A DNA stretch of 64,000 nucleotides from an uncultured Candidatus Saccharibacteria bacterium (GTDB lineage Bacteria; Patescibacteriota; CALEFQ01): positions 1,060,024-1,124,023 of the forward strand of contig OZ246404.1 in NCBI GenBank assembly GCA_965230955.1, given 5' to 3'. Below are positions 47,360 through 56,148 of the stretch, piece after piece (position 1 is the stretch's first letter; every line of letters starts with the position of its first letter). The position numbers and the translations under genes were made by a program. The notes under the pieces are model-generated. The model did not search any database, had not been told where the DNA came from, and saw only the letters and a list, made by a program, of their open reading frames with translations.

Positions 47360-48817
47360 ATGTCCTTTGTTAAGCGTAAAATTGCCATTTCCACCGCCTT
47401 TCAGTTTTCCGGGAAAATAATCTCCACCCTATTGGGACTGGTTTCTATCGCTATGATTACCAGGCATCTCGGGGTGGAAGGCTATGGCCAGTATGCTACC
47501 GCAATTACTTTTGTCGGTATTTTTTCGATTATCGCCGATATGGGGCTGTACATCTATGTGGTGCGGGAGATTTCCAAAAAGGCGGAGGAATCGGAATATA
47601 TCGTCAGTAATGTCTTTACTTTCCGAATTATCAGCGCCTTGGTTTTACTGGCACTGGCTCCTTTAACGGCACTATTTTTCCCATATGGTTCGGTCGTGCA
47701 GACGGCGATACTGATCGCGACTTTGTCATTCTTTTTTATTTCACTGAATCAGGTTTTGATCGGAGTTTTTCAACGGGAGTTTGACACCAAGATGGTGGCG
47801 GCGGGAGAAATAGTCGGACGGGTGGTATTAATTGCCGCTTTGGCTCTGGTCATCTGGTGGAATCTCGGTTTAACGGCGGTCATCTGGGCACTGGTAATCA
47901 GCAGCGCCGCTAATTTTTTCCTTGTTTTTTTCTCGGCTCGTAGCCGAATCAAAATCCGGCTAAGGTTTGATATAAAGTTTTGGAAAGAAATTTTCAAGGT
48001 TACCTGGCCGATCGCTATTTCCGTCGTGCTTAACGCGATATATTTTAAACTGGATATGGTATTTTTGTCTGTCATGAAATCGGAATATGACGTGGGGTTG
48101 TACGGCGAAGCTTATAAAATTCTGGAAGTTCTAATCGCTTTCCCCGCCATGTTTGCCGGCTTACTCATGCCGTTGCTAAGCCAGAGCGCCTTTGTCGATT
48201 GGCCTAAATTTAAAAATGTTTTAGGGAAAGGTTTTGATTTTTTAATTATGGCCGCCCTGCCGATCTTGGTGGGCGGCTGGGTATTGGCGGAGCCGATCGT
48301 GGTTTTTGTGGGCGGACGGGATTTTGTCGGCGCGGCGCCGATTTTAAGGATTCTGGTGATCGCGACGGCGCTGATTTTCATCGGCAATTTATTTGCCAAT
48401 GCGGTCGTGGCGGTTAACAAGCAGAAACAAATGGTCTGGATGTACCTCCTGACCTCTGTCGCCGCGGTCATTTTATATTTTGTGACGATTCCCCCTTTTT
48501 CTTATTTCGGAGCGGCCTGGTCGACGGTGGCGGTGGAAGCCCTGATGGCTTTGTTGGCTTTTATCATGGTTTGGAAAACATCTCGCGCCCGGCCGTCACT
48601 GAAGAATTTAGGCAAGGCGATTTTGGCCGCGGCGGTGATGGCCGGCGTCCTGATTATCGGGGTGAATTGGTGGCCCGGGGACATGGTCTGGTGGAAAATG
48701 GTAATATTGTTAGCACTGGGCTTATTCGGGTATATCTCTATTATCCTTGGTACTGGAGCAATAAGTCGAAAAGATATCAACGAGATTGTTAGGACTAAGG
48801 CGCCCAGTAAAGTTTAA
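47360..48817 (+). CDS. polysaccharide flippase (Wzx/MOP superfamily)
   Basis: About 14 TM helices with the oligosaccharide-flippase pattern. TTGACT-17-TAGAAT promoter at about 47241-47269. Confidence 0.7.
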   Translation: MSFVKRKIAISTAFQFSGKIISTLLGLVSIAMITRHLGVEGYGQYATAITFVGIFSIIADMGLYIYVVREISKKAEESEYIVSNVFTFRIISALVLLALAPLTALFFPYGSVVQTAILIATLSFFFISLNQVLIGVFQREFDTKMVAAGEIVGRVVLIAALALVIWWNLGLTAVIWALVISSAANFFLVFFSARSRIKIRLRFDIKFWKEIFKVTWPIAISVVLNAIYFKLDMVFLSVMKSEYDVGLYGEAYKILEVLIAFPAMFAGLLMPLLSQSAFVDWPKFKNVLGKGFDFLIMAALPILVGGWVLAEPIVVFVGGRDFVGAAPILRILVIATALIFIGNLFANAVVAVNKQKQMVWMYLLTSVAAVILYFVTIPPFSYFGAAWSTVAVEALMALLAFIMVWKTSRARPSLKNLGKAILAAAVMAGVLIIGVNWWPGDMVWWKMVILLALGLFGYISIILGTGAISRKDINEIVRTKAPSKV

Positions 48818-48918
48818 AGATTTAAAGTTCAAAATTTAAGGGAAATTGAAATATAGTAATATAAAAGTTCAACTTTAACACTTTGAGTTCCGAACTTGCT
48901 GGCGTAATCAATTTACTT

Positions 48919-50049
48919 ATGAATATATTAATTATCAAAAATCCGATTTCTTCACAGCCGCACGGCGGCGGAGAGCGGCATACCATGCAATTGGTTGATC
49001 ATTGGCGGAAGAATGGCCACAAGATCTATTTTGCCACAACTTGTCCTTATCTGCGTGATATGGCACGGCATGACCGATTCAAAGTTGACGATATCAGTTG
49101 GGCGGGAGCCGAAGCCGTGACGGAAAAAGCCCTGGCCGCTTTTATTTTTTCTTGGCCGATACTGCGCCAGCGCTGGCAAAAATATTTGGCTAGAATGAAA
49201 AAGGAATACCAAATCGAGGTTTTGTATATATATTCCTGGAACGAAAAATTTCTTCTTGGCCCAATCGCTCGCAAGCTTGGAATGAGGCTGGTTTTTGTGG
49301 AGCACCGTTTGCTGGAAAATTTCATCCGCCTCAATCCCTTTCGGAAATGGTATGTGAAAAACTCCGCCTTGGGCGCTGTGGTGGCGGTATCGGAAGCTGT
49401 TAAGCGCGGTGTTTTGGCGGTCGGCGTTCCAGAAGAGAGAGTAAGAGTAATTTATAACGGCATTGATTTGGCTGAGTTTGAAAACTTTAAGAAACAGCCC
49501 CATCGCGGATTGCGCTTCGGCACGATCAGCCGTCTTTCCGGCGACAAAGGTTTGGGAAACCTGATTGGAGCGGCGATGAAAATCAGGGAAACAATACCTG
49601 ACATTATGGTGGAAATTGTCGGTGACGGTCCGGATCGAAAAATGTTGCTGGATTTGGTGAAAAAGCTCGGGTTACACGATACGGTCCGGTTTCACGGCAG
49701 TCTCCCGCGCAATCAGGTGGTAAGATTCTTGGGCACCTTGGATATTTTTACTCTGACTCCGACTCACGGCGAATCTTTTGGCTTGGTCTTGGCCGAAGCC
49801 GGTGCCGCCTTTCTCCCTTGTGTTGTGACTGATGTCGGCGGGGTGGCTGAAGTGGTCAAAAATAACGAGACCGGAATCGTCGTTCCGGCGGAAAATTCGG
49901 CGGCGCTGACCGTGGCGCTGAAAAAACTTTTGGATAATTCCGCCTGGCGGGAAAGATTGGGACGCGCTGCCAGGGCGCGAGTGGAAAAGATGTTTACGCT
50001 GAAGAGGATGCTGAATGATTTTGATCAATTATTATTACCCGAGCGGTAA
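48919..50049 (+). CDS. glycosyltransferase family 4
   Basis: GT4 N-terminus (MNILIIKNPISSQPHGGGERH) and C-terminal GES...EAGAAFLPCVVTDVGG motif. The track start at 48883 is TTG; ATG 48919 is preferred. Confidence 0.8.
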   Translation: MNILIIKNPISSQPHGGGERHTMQLVDHWRKNGHKIYFATTCPYLRDMARHDRFKVDDISWAGAEAVTEKALAAFIFSWPILRQRWQKYLARMKKEYQIEVLYIYSWNEKFLLGPIARKLGMRLVFVEHRLLENFIRLNPFRKWYVKNSALGAVVAVSEAVKRGVLAVGVPEERVRVIYNGIDLAEFENFKKQPHRGLRFGTISRLSGDKGLGNLIGAAMKIRETIPDIMVEIVGDGPDRKMLLDLVKKLGLHDTVRFHGSLPRNQVVRFLGTLDIFTLTPTHGESFGLVLAEAGAAFLPCVVTDVGGVAEVVKNNETGIVVPAENSAALTVALKKLLDNSAWRERLGRAARARVEKMFTLKRMLNDFDQLLLPER

Positions 50050-50069
50050 TTAATCTTAAGTATTATCAA

Positions 50070-51176
50070 ATGGTGATCGGTATTGATATTCGCGCTCTGT
50101 CAGGACAGAAGGCCGGCAAAGGCTGGTCCGTTTATCATATCCTGAAAAAGTTGGCTTTTTTACCTGAAGCCAGCCAGCACCGATTCGTTTTGTATGCCAA
50201 AGACAAGCCGTCTTTGGACTTCGCCCTGCCCGCTAATTTTTCCGTCCGGATAAAAAAGCACCCCAGCCTCTTGTGGCATTGGGCGGTGGCCAATGAATTA
50301 AATTTTTCACGCCGAATTGATGTTTATTTTTCCCCGGTTTCTTTTATTGTCCCGGCCCTGGTGCCCGGGAAATGCGTGGTGATGGTAAATGACTTGGTGG
50401 CTCGTCTTTTCCCGACCGCTCATAACCGCAAAGCGATGGTGATTGAAAATCTGACTTTGTCGCCGGCGCTGAAGAAATCCCGAGCGATTATCGCTATTTC
50501 GGAGAGCACGAAGAATGATCTGATAAAGTATTATCCTTTTACCAAAAGTAAAATCACCGTTGCATATTTGGCGGGCAATGGTTTTCCCGATGTGGCCAGC
50601 GAATCAGAGCAACAGGCCGTGCTTCTGAAGTATAAATTGCCGACGAAATTTTTGTTTTTTATCGGAACCTTTGAGCCGCGCAAAAATATAGTGCGAATTA
50701 TCGAGGCCTTTGCCCGCGTCCAGGGTGAGATTGGCGCGGATCTGGTTTTGGCCGGAAAAAAGGGCTGGCAGTGGGAAGAAATTTTTGAAAAGATTAAACA
50801 CTTGAAACTGGAGTCGAAGGTTCGTTATTTAGATTATGTTGATAGTAAAGATTTGCCGCTTTTGTATCAACTGGCCGATCTTTTGGTTTTCCCTTCGCTT
50901 TATGAGGGCTTTGGCTTGCCGGTGTTGGAAGCCATGCAGGTGGGTTGTCCGGTATTGACCAGTAACGTTTCTTCGTTGCCGGAGGTGGCTGGCCAAGCCG
51001 CGGTTTTGGTCAATCCTCGGAGTATTTCCGAAATTGCCAACGGTATTAAAGAAGCGTTGCGCCGACGTGAGGAATTGATTAATCTGGGGATAGTTCAGGC
51101 CGAAAAATTTTCTTGGAAGAAAACAGCCGAAATCATTTTAGAGATATTGTCTGAAAAAAAAACGGCGACACCGTAA
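50070..51176 (+). CDS. glycosyltransferase family 4
   Basis: EGFGLPVLEAMQVGCPVLTSNVSSLPEV motif. Confidence 0.8.
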   Translation: MVIGIDIRALSGQKAGKGWSVYHILKKLAFLPEASQHRFVLYAKDKPSLDFALPANFSVRIKKHPSLLWHWAVANELNFSRRIDVYFSPVSFIVPALVPGKCVVMVNDLVARLFPTAHNRKAMVIENLTLSPALKKSRAIIAISESTKNDLIKYYPFTKSKITVAYLAGNGFPDVASESEQQAVLLKYKLPTKFLFFIGTFEPRKNIVRIIEAFARVQGEIGADLVLAGKKGWQWEEIFEKIKHLKLESKVRYLDYVDSKDLPLLYQLADLLVFPSLYEGFGLPVLEAMQVGCPVLTSNVSSLPEVAGQAAVLVNPRSISEIANGIKEALRRREELINLGIVQAEKFSWKKTAEIILEILSEKKTATP

Positions 51177-51204
51177 AGATGTCGCCTGGGAGTGGTTGAT
51201 TCCG

Positions 51205-51453
51205 TTAGATTTCTTTTTCCCAGCCGTCGGCCGCGGCCAATTCAGTTATTTTGGCGATTAGCGCGACCAGGCCAAGTGACTGGTTTTCCGGAGCCGTTAT
51301 CAGGGTGTGAGCGCGACGCGCGCAATTAGATTCCGCTTGTCGGGCACGACTGTCCAGATACATAGCTAAGCCTGTAGATCCGTTTTTTTCCGCTTCCCTG
51401 ATAATTTCTGGCATCAGCCAATTCCACTGTGATTTTGCGACAATGTTTCCCAT
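51205..51453 (-). CDS. hypothetical protein (82 aa)
   Basis: AAGGAGGTG RBS before ATG 51453. Convergent with the GT4 gene. Confidence 0.4.
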   Translation of the reverse strand: MGNIVAKSQWNWLMPEIIREAEKNGSTGLAMYLDSRARQAESNCARRAHTLITAPENQSLGLVALIAKITELAAADGWEKEI

Positions 51454-51497
51454 AGGCACCTCCTTTCGCAAAAATCAGCATATCATAACGAAATCAG

Positions 51498-53000
51498 ATG
51501 AAAATAGCAACTAAAAAAGGAAAATTTTTCTCCTGGTTGATACTGGCTGGTACCGCGGTTGTTTTGATCGGGGCTTTTTTAAGCGCCTATTTTACTTGGC
51601 TGGCCATTCCGATTATTATCGGCGTTGTTTTATTTATCGCGGCATTGGTATTGATTCTGGATAAGCCTTGGCTCGGCGTGCTGTTAACGGCTTTCTTTTT
51701 GCCTTTTGAAAGAATCGGCGGCTTCGATCTCATCGGCCAAAATACCATCAAAATCAATCAATTGTTCGCCGCGGCGACAATTATCGCCTGGCTGCTTTGT
51801 TATCTGATTATTACCAGAAAATCTCCGACCCGCACCCCGATTACCTGGCCGATACTCGCCTATCTGGCGGTGGCGACAATTTCACTCATCAATGCCGTCA
51901 ATTTGGAACGCGCTTTGATGATTTGGATTTTCACTTTTTTCGTCATGATGTTTGCTCTGACAATTTCTCAGGTGGTGACCGAAGCAACCCATGTCCGTAA
52001 AATAGTTTTGGCCTTGCTGATCTCGGCCGGTTTGGTGGCGTTGTTCGGCCTTTATCAATTCGCCGGTGACGTGGTGGGACTGCCGGCCACCTTGACCGGA
52101 TTGAGGAAGCAGTACACCGATATGGTTTTTGGCTTTCCTCGGATTCATTCCACCGCCCTGGAACCGCTCTATTTCGCGGATTATTTATTGATCCCGATAT
52201 CAGTCGGTTTTATGGTTTGGGTCACGGCGCGCAAGGATGAAGCCAAGAGACTCTCCTGGCGCAAAATAAAAATATCCCACCGGACGATATTGCTGGGGAT
52301 TTTAGTGCTTTCGGTTTTGGCTTTGGTTTTGACCCTGTCTCGGGGCGGGTATCTCGGCCTGGCCGCGGCCGGGGCCGTATTATTGGCGCTAAGTTGGCGA
52401 AAAATATTTCACTGGAAAAATTTTGTTCCAATTATTCTGATTATTGCTTGTGCTTCTTTGGGCGTGATTGCTTTTCTTAATTTTTCCGGAAAGTTCTCGA
52501 TTGATAAATTTTGGCAGCAAGCCACAGAGTATAAAAAAGGAATCAGTGTCGAAGAGCGTTATGATTCTTATAGCGAAGCCGAGAAATTATGGGACGAAAA
52601 TATTTATTTTGGGATCGGTCTGGGAAATTTCGGTCCGCGAGTGGCGCCGTCTCCCCGAGTGATGCCCAAAGAAGGCTGGGCGATCGTGAATAATGAAACT
52701 TTGGAAATATTGGCCGAAACCGGTATTTTCGGCCTGGCGGCGATAGTTGGGCTGTTTATTTTGGTGTTGTGGCGGGCGGTGGCGGGATTGATCAGAGCTC
52801 GCATGATTGCCGATGAAAAAAAGAGGGTTTACCTTTTTGCGGTTTTAGGCGGCTTGTTGGCCGCGCTGATAGGTATTCTTGTCCAGTATCAGACATTTTC
52901 CACTTTATATATTCTCCATGTCTGGTTCGTGGTCGGGATGATTGAGGCGGTGCGAGCCGTGATTGACCGACAGTTACCAAACAGTCTGTCGAAAAAATGA
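51498..53000 (+). CDS. O-antigen ligase/polymerase-like (Wzy_C) polytopic membrane protein
   Basis: About 12 TM helices with a periplasmic loop. The LSRGGYLGL region is typical of the Wzy_C family. Confidence 0.6.
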   Translation: MKIATKKGKFFSWLILAGTAVVLIGAFLSAYFTWLAIPIIIGVVLFIAALVLILDKPWLGVLLTAFFLPFERIGGFDLIGQNTIKINQLFAAATIIAWLLCYLIITRKSPTRTPITWPILAYLAVATISLINAVNLERALMIWIFTFFVMMFALTISQVVTEATHVRKIVLALLISAGLVALFGLYQFAGDVVGLPATLTGLRKQYTDMVFGFPRIHSTALEPLYFADYLLIPISVGFMVWVTARKDEAKRLSWRKIKISHRTILLGILVLSVLALVLTLSRGGYLGLAAAGAVLLALSWRKIFHWKNFVPIILIIACASLGVIAFLNFSGKFSIDKFWQQATEYKKGISVEERYDSYSEAEKLWDENIYFGIGLGNFGPRVAPSPRVMPKEGWAIVNNETLEILAETGIFGLAAIVGLFILVLWRAVAGLIRARMIADEKKRVYLFAVLGGLLAALIGILVQYQTFSTLYILHVWFVVGMIEAVRAVIDRQLPNSLSKK

Positions 53001-53011
53001 TATAATCACCG

Positions 53012-53081
53012 TTTCCTGCGGTAATAATTTTCTCGCCTGAAAGCCCTTCGGCAACGGCTCGAAAATTATTACCGCAGGAAA
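53012..53081. repeat. perfect 21-bp inverted repeat TTTCCTGCGGTAATAATTTTC / GAAAATTATTACCGCAGGAAA enclosing a 28-nt loop with a small inner GCC/GGC hairpin
   Basis: Read directly in the sequence. No downstream T-tract. Lies between the ligase-like gene and the GT39-like gene. Confidence 0.8.
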
Positions 53082-53115
53082 TCTCTTAAGGATACTAATT
53101 ATCAGAATTTGTTAA

Positions 53116-54579
53116 ATGGTGCTATCTCGCCAAAATTTGATTACCATAATACTCTGTCTCGTCTTGTCGGGCGGGGCTTTTTTACGTCTGTATCAATTAC
53201 CTTCCCTGTTGCATTTCGCCGATGATGAAGGGCGCGATATGCTGATTGCGGAAAAAATAGCGGCCGGAGAGGATTTCCCCTCGCTTGGCCCATCTTCCAG
53301 CACCAGGAATTTTTATCTGGGACCGGTTTTTTACTATGCGATGGGGTTGACTTTAAAAATCTGGGATCATCCGGCATCCCCGGCGATTATGGTGGCGCTG
53401 ATCAGTGTGGTTACCGGATATTTGCTTTATCGCCTGGGTAAAGATGTTTTTTCGCCGTCAGCCGGTTTGATTATGACCGCGCTTTGGTCTTTTTCTTATG
53501 CCGCGATTCTCCAGGGCCGTTGGGCTTGGCATCCAAATGTTTTACCTCTGTTCGTCACGGCGATAATTCTTTGTCTTTTCCATTTGCGGCGTCCCGAGAA
53601 TAACGGCTGGCACGGCGATAATTGGTATGTGATCGGTTTATTTGCCAGTGTGGCGATTGCCGTTCAGCTTCACGCTACGGCCTTCCTGTTGATCCCCGCC
53701 ATAATCATCTATTGGCTCTTTTTCCCACCTAAAATCAAGCAGCCATGGGCTTGGACGGCGGGATTAGTCGTCGCTCTGGGCTTAGTAGCTCCCGTACTGG
53801 CCTATGAATTGAGAAACAACTGGAACAATATCGGCGGGGCTTTTAATCAATTACGCCAAGGCGAACCATATCCGGTGGATAATAGGTTTCTTTATGCGGG
53901 CAAAAGCCTGATGTGGTCCATCGCCGATTTGTTTGGAAATATTAAATATATAGGGCTATGGCTGGTCTTGGTAACAATTCCGGTGTCAGTAGTTTTTATC
54001 TGGAACTTAGTGAAAAATGTCATTATAAAATTCCGGCCTATCAAATGGTTTTTGACTATTTTTCTGCTTATCATCGGATCTTTCTATGTGTTCTTTAGCG
54101 GGCAGTTATTTCCGCATTATTTTATTTTGATTTTTCCGGTGGTTTTTATGTTGATCGGCTTGTTATGGGAAACTCTTAAAAAATATACCTGGTGCCGCTA
54201 TCTTTTGATTGCCAGCTTTGTCGCTATTAGCTATGCTGGAATCAGCGCGACGATTAATCTGGTGGGCGCCTTACAGCGCGGCGATGCGGTTGGTTCGTAC
54301 GGTGTTCCAATCAAAGACGAACAGGCCGCGGTGTCTGCGATCAAAGCTAAATTTGTCGACCGGGTCGAGCTCAATACCCGCGCGCTTGATTCCTATGATC
54401 GGGCTTATCAGTATCTTTTGGAAAAAAACGGGATAACAGTTTCGACGGATGCGAGTACAAAAGTTGTTCTCTATCGCGTTAGCGAATCGCCCGACCTGAG
54501 TGACCTGGAAGAATCCTTTGATTCTTTTGAGCGCGAGACTTTCGGGACAGTCGGATTATTAATCGGTCCTAAAAAATAA
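53116..54579 (+). CDS. GT39/GT83-like (PMT/ArnT-type) membrane glycosyltransferase
   Basis: N-terminal pattern LRLYQL...HFADDEGRDML with a DE motif in the first periplasmic loop, typical of the dolichyl/undecaprenyl-phosphate-sugar transferase superfamily. About 11 TM helices. Confidence 0.6.
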   Translation: MVLSRQNLITIILCLVLSGGAFLRLYQLPSLLHFADDEGRDMLIAEKIAAGEDFPSLGPSSSTRNFYLGPVFYYAMGLTLKIWDHPASPAIMVALISVVTGYLLYRLGKDVFSPSAGLIMTALWSFSYAAILQGRWAWHPNVLPLFVTAIILCLFHLRRPENNGWHGDNWYVIGLFASVAIAVQLHATAFLLIPAIIIYWLFFPPKIKQPWAWTAGLVVALGLVAPVLAYELRNNWNNIGGAFNQLRQGEPYPVDNRFLYAGKSLMWSIADLFGNIKYIGLWLVLVTIPVSVVFIWNLVKNVIIKFRPIKWFLTIFLLIIGSFYVFFSGQLFPHYFILIFPVVFMLIGLLWETLKKYTWCRYLLIASFVAISYAGISATINLVGALQRGDAVGSYGVPIKDEQAAVSAIKAKFVDRVELNTRALDSYDRAYQYLLEKNGITVSTDASTKVVLYRVSESPDLSDLEESFDSFERETFGTVGLLIGPKK

Positions 54580-55895
54580 TGCTTACTATATTAATAATCA
54601 GTTTAGTGGTGGCGCTGGTCGTCGCCTTGGCGATGTGGCGTCTGGATTGGGCCGTTGGCCTAGTTATTTTGTTATTACCCTTTTATGGCGTGCGCTTCAG
54701 TCTGGGCGGCATTCCATTCACTTTACTGGAAATTGCCTTGCTGGCCTTGGCTGTCGTATTTCTTTTCCGTTTTCAGCTTTATCGCTTAAGTTTCTTCAAG
54801 CAGGCGCTGGATCGTGTTCCTTTTAAAATACCGATTGTAATATTTTTGGCGGCGGCTTCTCTGGGTGTGATAGTTTCTCCGGCACTTTATGACGCCCTGG
54901 GAGAATGGCGTGCCTATTTTATTGAAGCGTTGATTTTCTTCTTTATCTTTGTAAATGTAGTACGCCGTGAGCGGGAACAAAAAACTGTGCTTTGGTCGCT
55001 GGGCGCGACGGCATTGGTTGTTTCTATTTATGCGATCATCCAGCACTTCAGCGGTCTAAATATTCCCGAGCCCTGGGCCGGCGAGGCGGTTCGAAGAGTG
55101 ACGGCGTGGTATGGCTATCCGGTGGCGGTGGCTCTCTTTTTAGCTCCATTGTCAGCTGTTTTCGCGGTCCTGTTGCTGTTACGCCAAACCGTATTGCCCC
55201 GGTTGTTTTCCCTGGCGGTGGTGGCCAGTGGTTTTACCGCAATTTATTTCACTCATTCCCGCGGAGCGATTATCGCTTTGTTGATAGCGATGATTGCTCT
55301 CGGCTTACTACCGACGAAACTTACTGGATTTAGTCCAAAGCTTACTCGTTGGTGGAAAATCGGAATTCTTGTCGTGGCGCTGGCCGGTTTTTTGGTGCTA
55401 TTTCTGGCGCCGGGAATTTCCGAAAGCTTTGTCAGTGTTTTCACCGGCCAGGATAATTCCACCAATGTCCGGCTGGTGATGTGGCAAGGAACCTGGCGAT
55501 TGATTCAGGATCATTGGCTTTTTGGCGCCGGTCTGGCCGGGTTTCCCGCTCTGTACGACCAGTATCGGGAAGCGCGCCATACCGAGTTGCTGTTGTATCC
55601 ACATAATATTATTCTTAATTTCTGGGTGGAAATAGGTCTGGCCGGATTGGTCGCTTTTGTCTGGCTGGTGATTAATTTTTTTCGCAAAGGATTTTCCGCC
55701 CTCCAAAAGCGCAGTCATGTCACTCCCTTGGTCTTGGCGGCTTTGGCCGCGATGTTGGTTATGTTAATTCAGGGAGTGATTGATGTTCCTTATTTCAAAA
55801 ATGATTTGTCCTTATTATTTTGGATTATCATCGGGCTGGTAACTTCCAGTTATGAAATATATCGCTTGGCCGCGAACAAGGATGGTGTTCATTAA
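54579..55895 (+). CDS. O-antigen ligase-like (Wzy_C) membrane protein
   Basis: FTHSRGAIIALLIAMIALGLL region with a periplasmic loop, polytopic. The start overlaps the upstream stop. Confidence 0.6.
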   Translation: MLTILIISLVVALVVALAMWRLDWAVGLVILLLPFYGVRFSLGGIPFTLLEIALLALAVVFLFRFQLYRLSFFKQALDRVPFKIPIVIFLAAASLGVIVSPALYDALGEWRAYFIEALIFFFIFVNVVRREREQKTVLWSLGATALVVSIYAIIQHFSGLNIPEPWAGEAVRRVTAWYGYPVAVALFLAPLSAVFAVLLLLRQTVLPRLFSLAVVASGFTAIYFTHSRGAIIALLIAMIALGLLPTKLTGFSPKLTRWWKIGILVVALAGFLVLFLAPGISESFVSVFTGQDNSTNVRLVMWQGTWRLIQDHWLFGAGLAGFPALYDQYREARHTELLLYPHNIILNFWVEIGLAGLVAFVWLVINFFRKGFSALQKRSHVTPLVLAALAAMLVMLIQGVIDVPYFKNDLSLLFWIIIGLVTSSYEIYRLAANKDGVH

Positions 55896-55899
55896 GCCA

Positions 55900-55928
55900 T
55901 TGACCGAAGGGCTCGGATGCGCTATAAT
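55900..55928 (+). promoter_or_regulatory. consensus sigma70 promoter TTGACC-17-TATAAT
   Basis: Read directly. About 65 nt upstream of the small ORF at 55995. Confidence 0.6.
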
Positions 55929-55994
55929 GATAATACTAATTAATAAACGGTCGATCTAAAAAACAAAAATTTCTCCGGGTGACGGAGAATTACA

Positions 55995-56108
55995 ATGGAT
56001 AGCAACGTTTTCGATGATTTCTTCTGGAATTATGGCCAGTATTTTGCCGCTTTCTTCGTGGTTGACGGTGAAATTTACGACATAACCGAAATGCTTCAAG
56101 CTAAATAA
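55995..56108 (+). CDS. small ORF, 37 aa, aromatic and acidic-rich (MDSNVFDDFFWNYGQYFAAFFVVDGEIYDITEMLQAK)
   Basis: GGAG RBS 7 nt upstream. Own promoter, and an intrinsic terminator immediately after the stop. Confidence 0.4.
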   Translation: MDSNVFDDFFWNYGQYFAAFFVVDGEIYDITEMLQAK

Positions 56109-56110
56109 CC

Positions 56111-56137
56111 AACGGGTGGAGACCTCCACCCGTTTTG
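56111..56137 (+). terminator. intrinsic terminator aacgggtggag-ac-ctccacccgtttt
   Basis: 11-bp perfect stem, 2-nt loop and a T-tract. It overlaps the GTG that the ORF track used as the start of the next gene. Confidence 0.65.
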
Positions 56138-56148
56138 TGATGATTCAA

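Noticed and set aside
56116-56148. GTG start of the 499-aa ORF as given in the ORF track
   Set aside because: The GTG lies inside the stem of the intrinsic terminator that follows the small upstream ORF. The first ATG giving a proper signal peptide is 56149.
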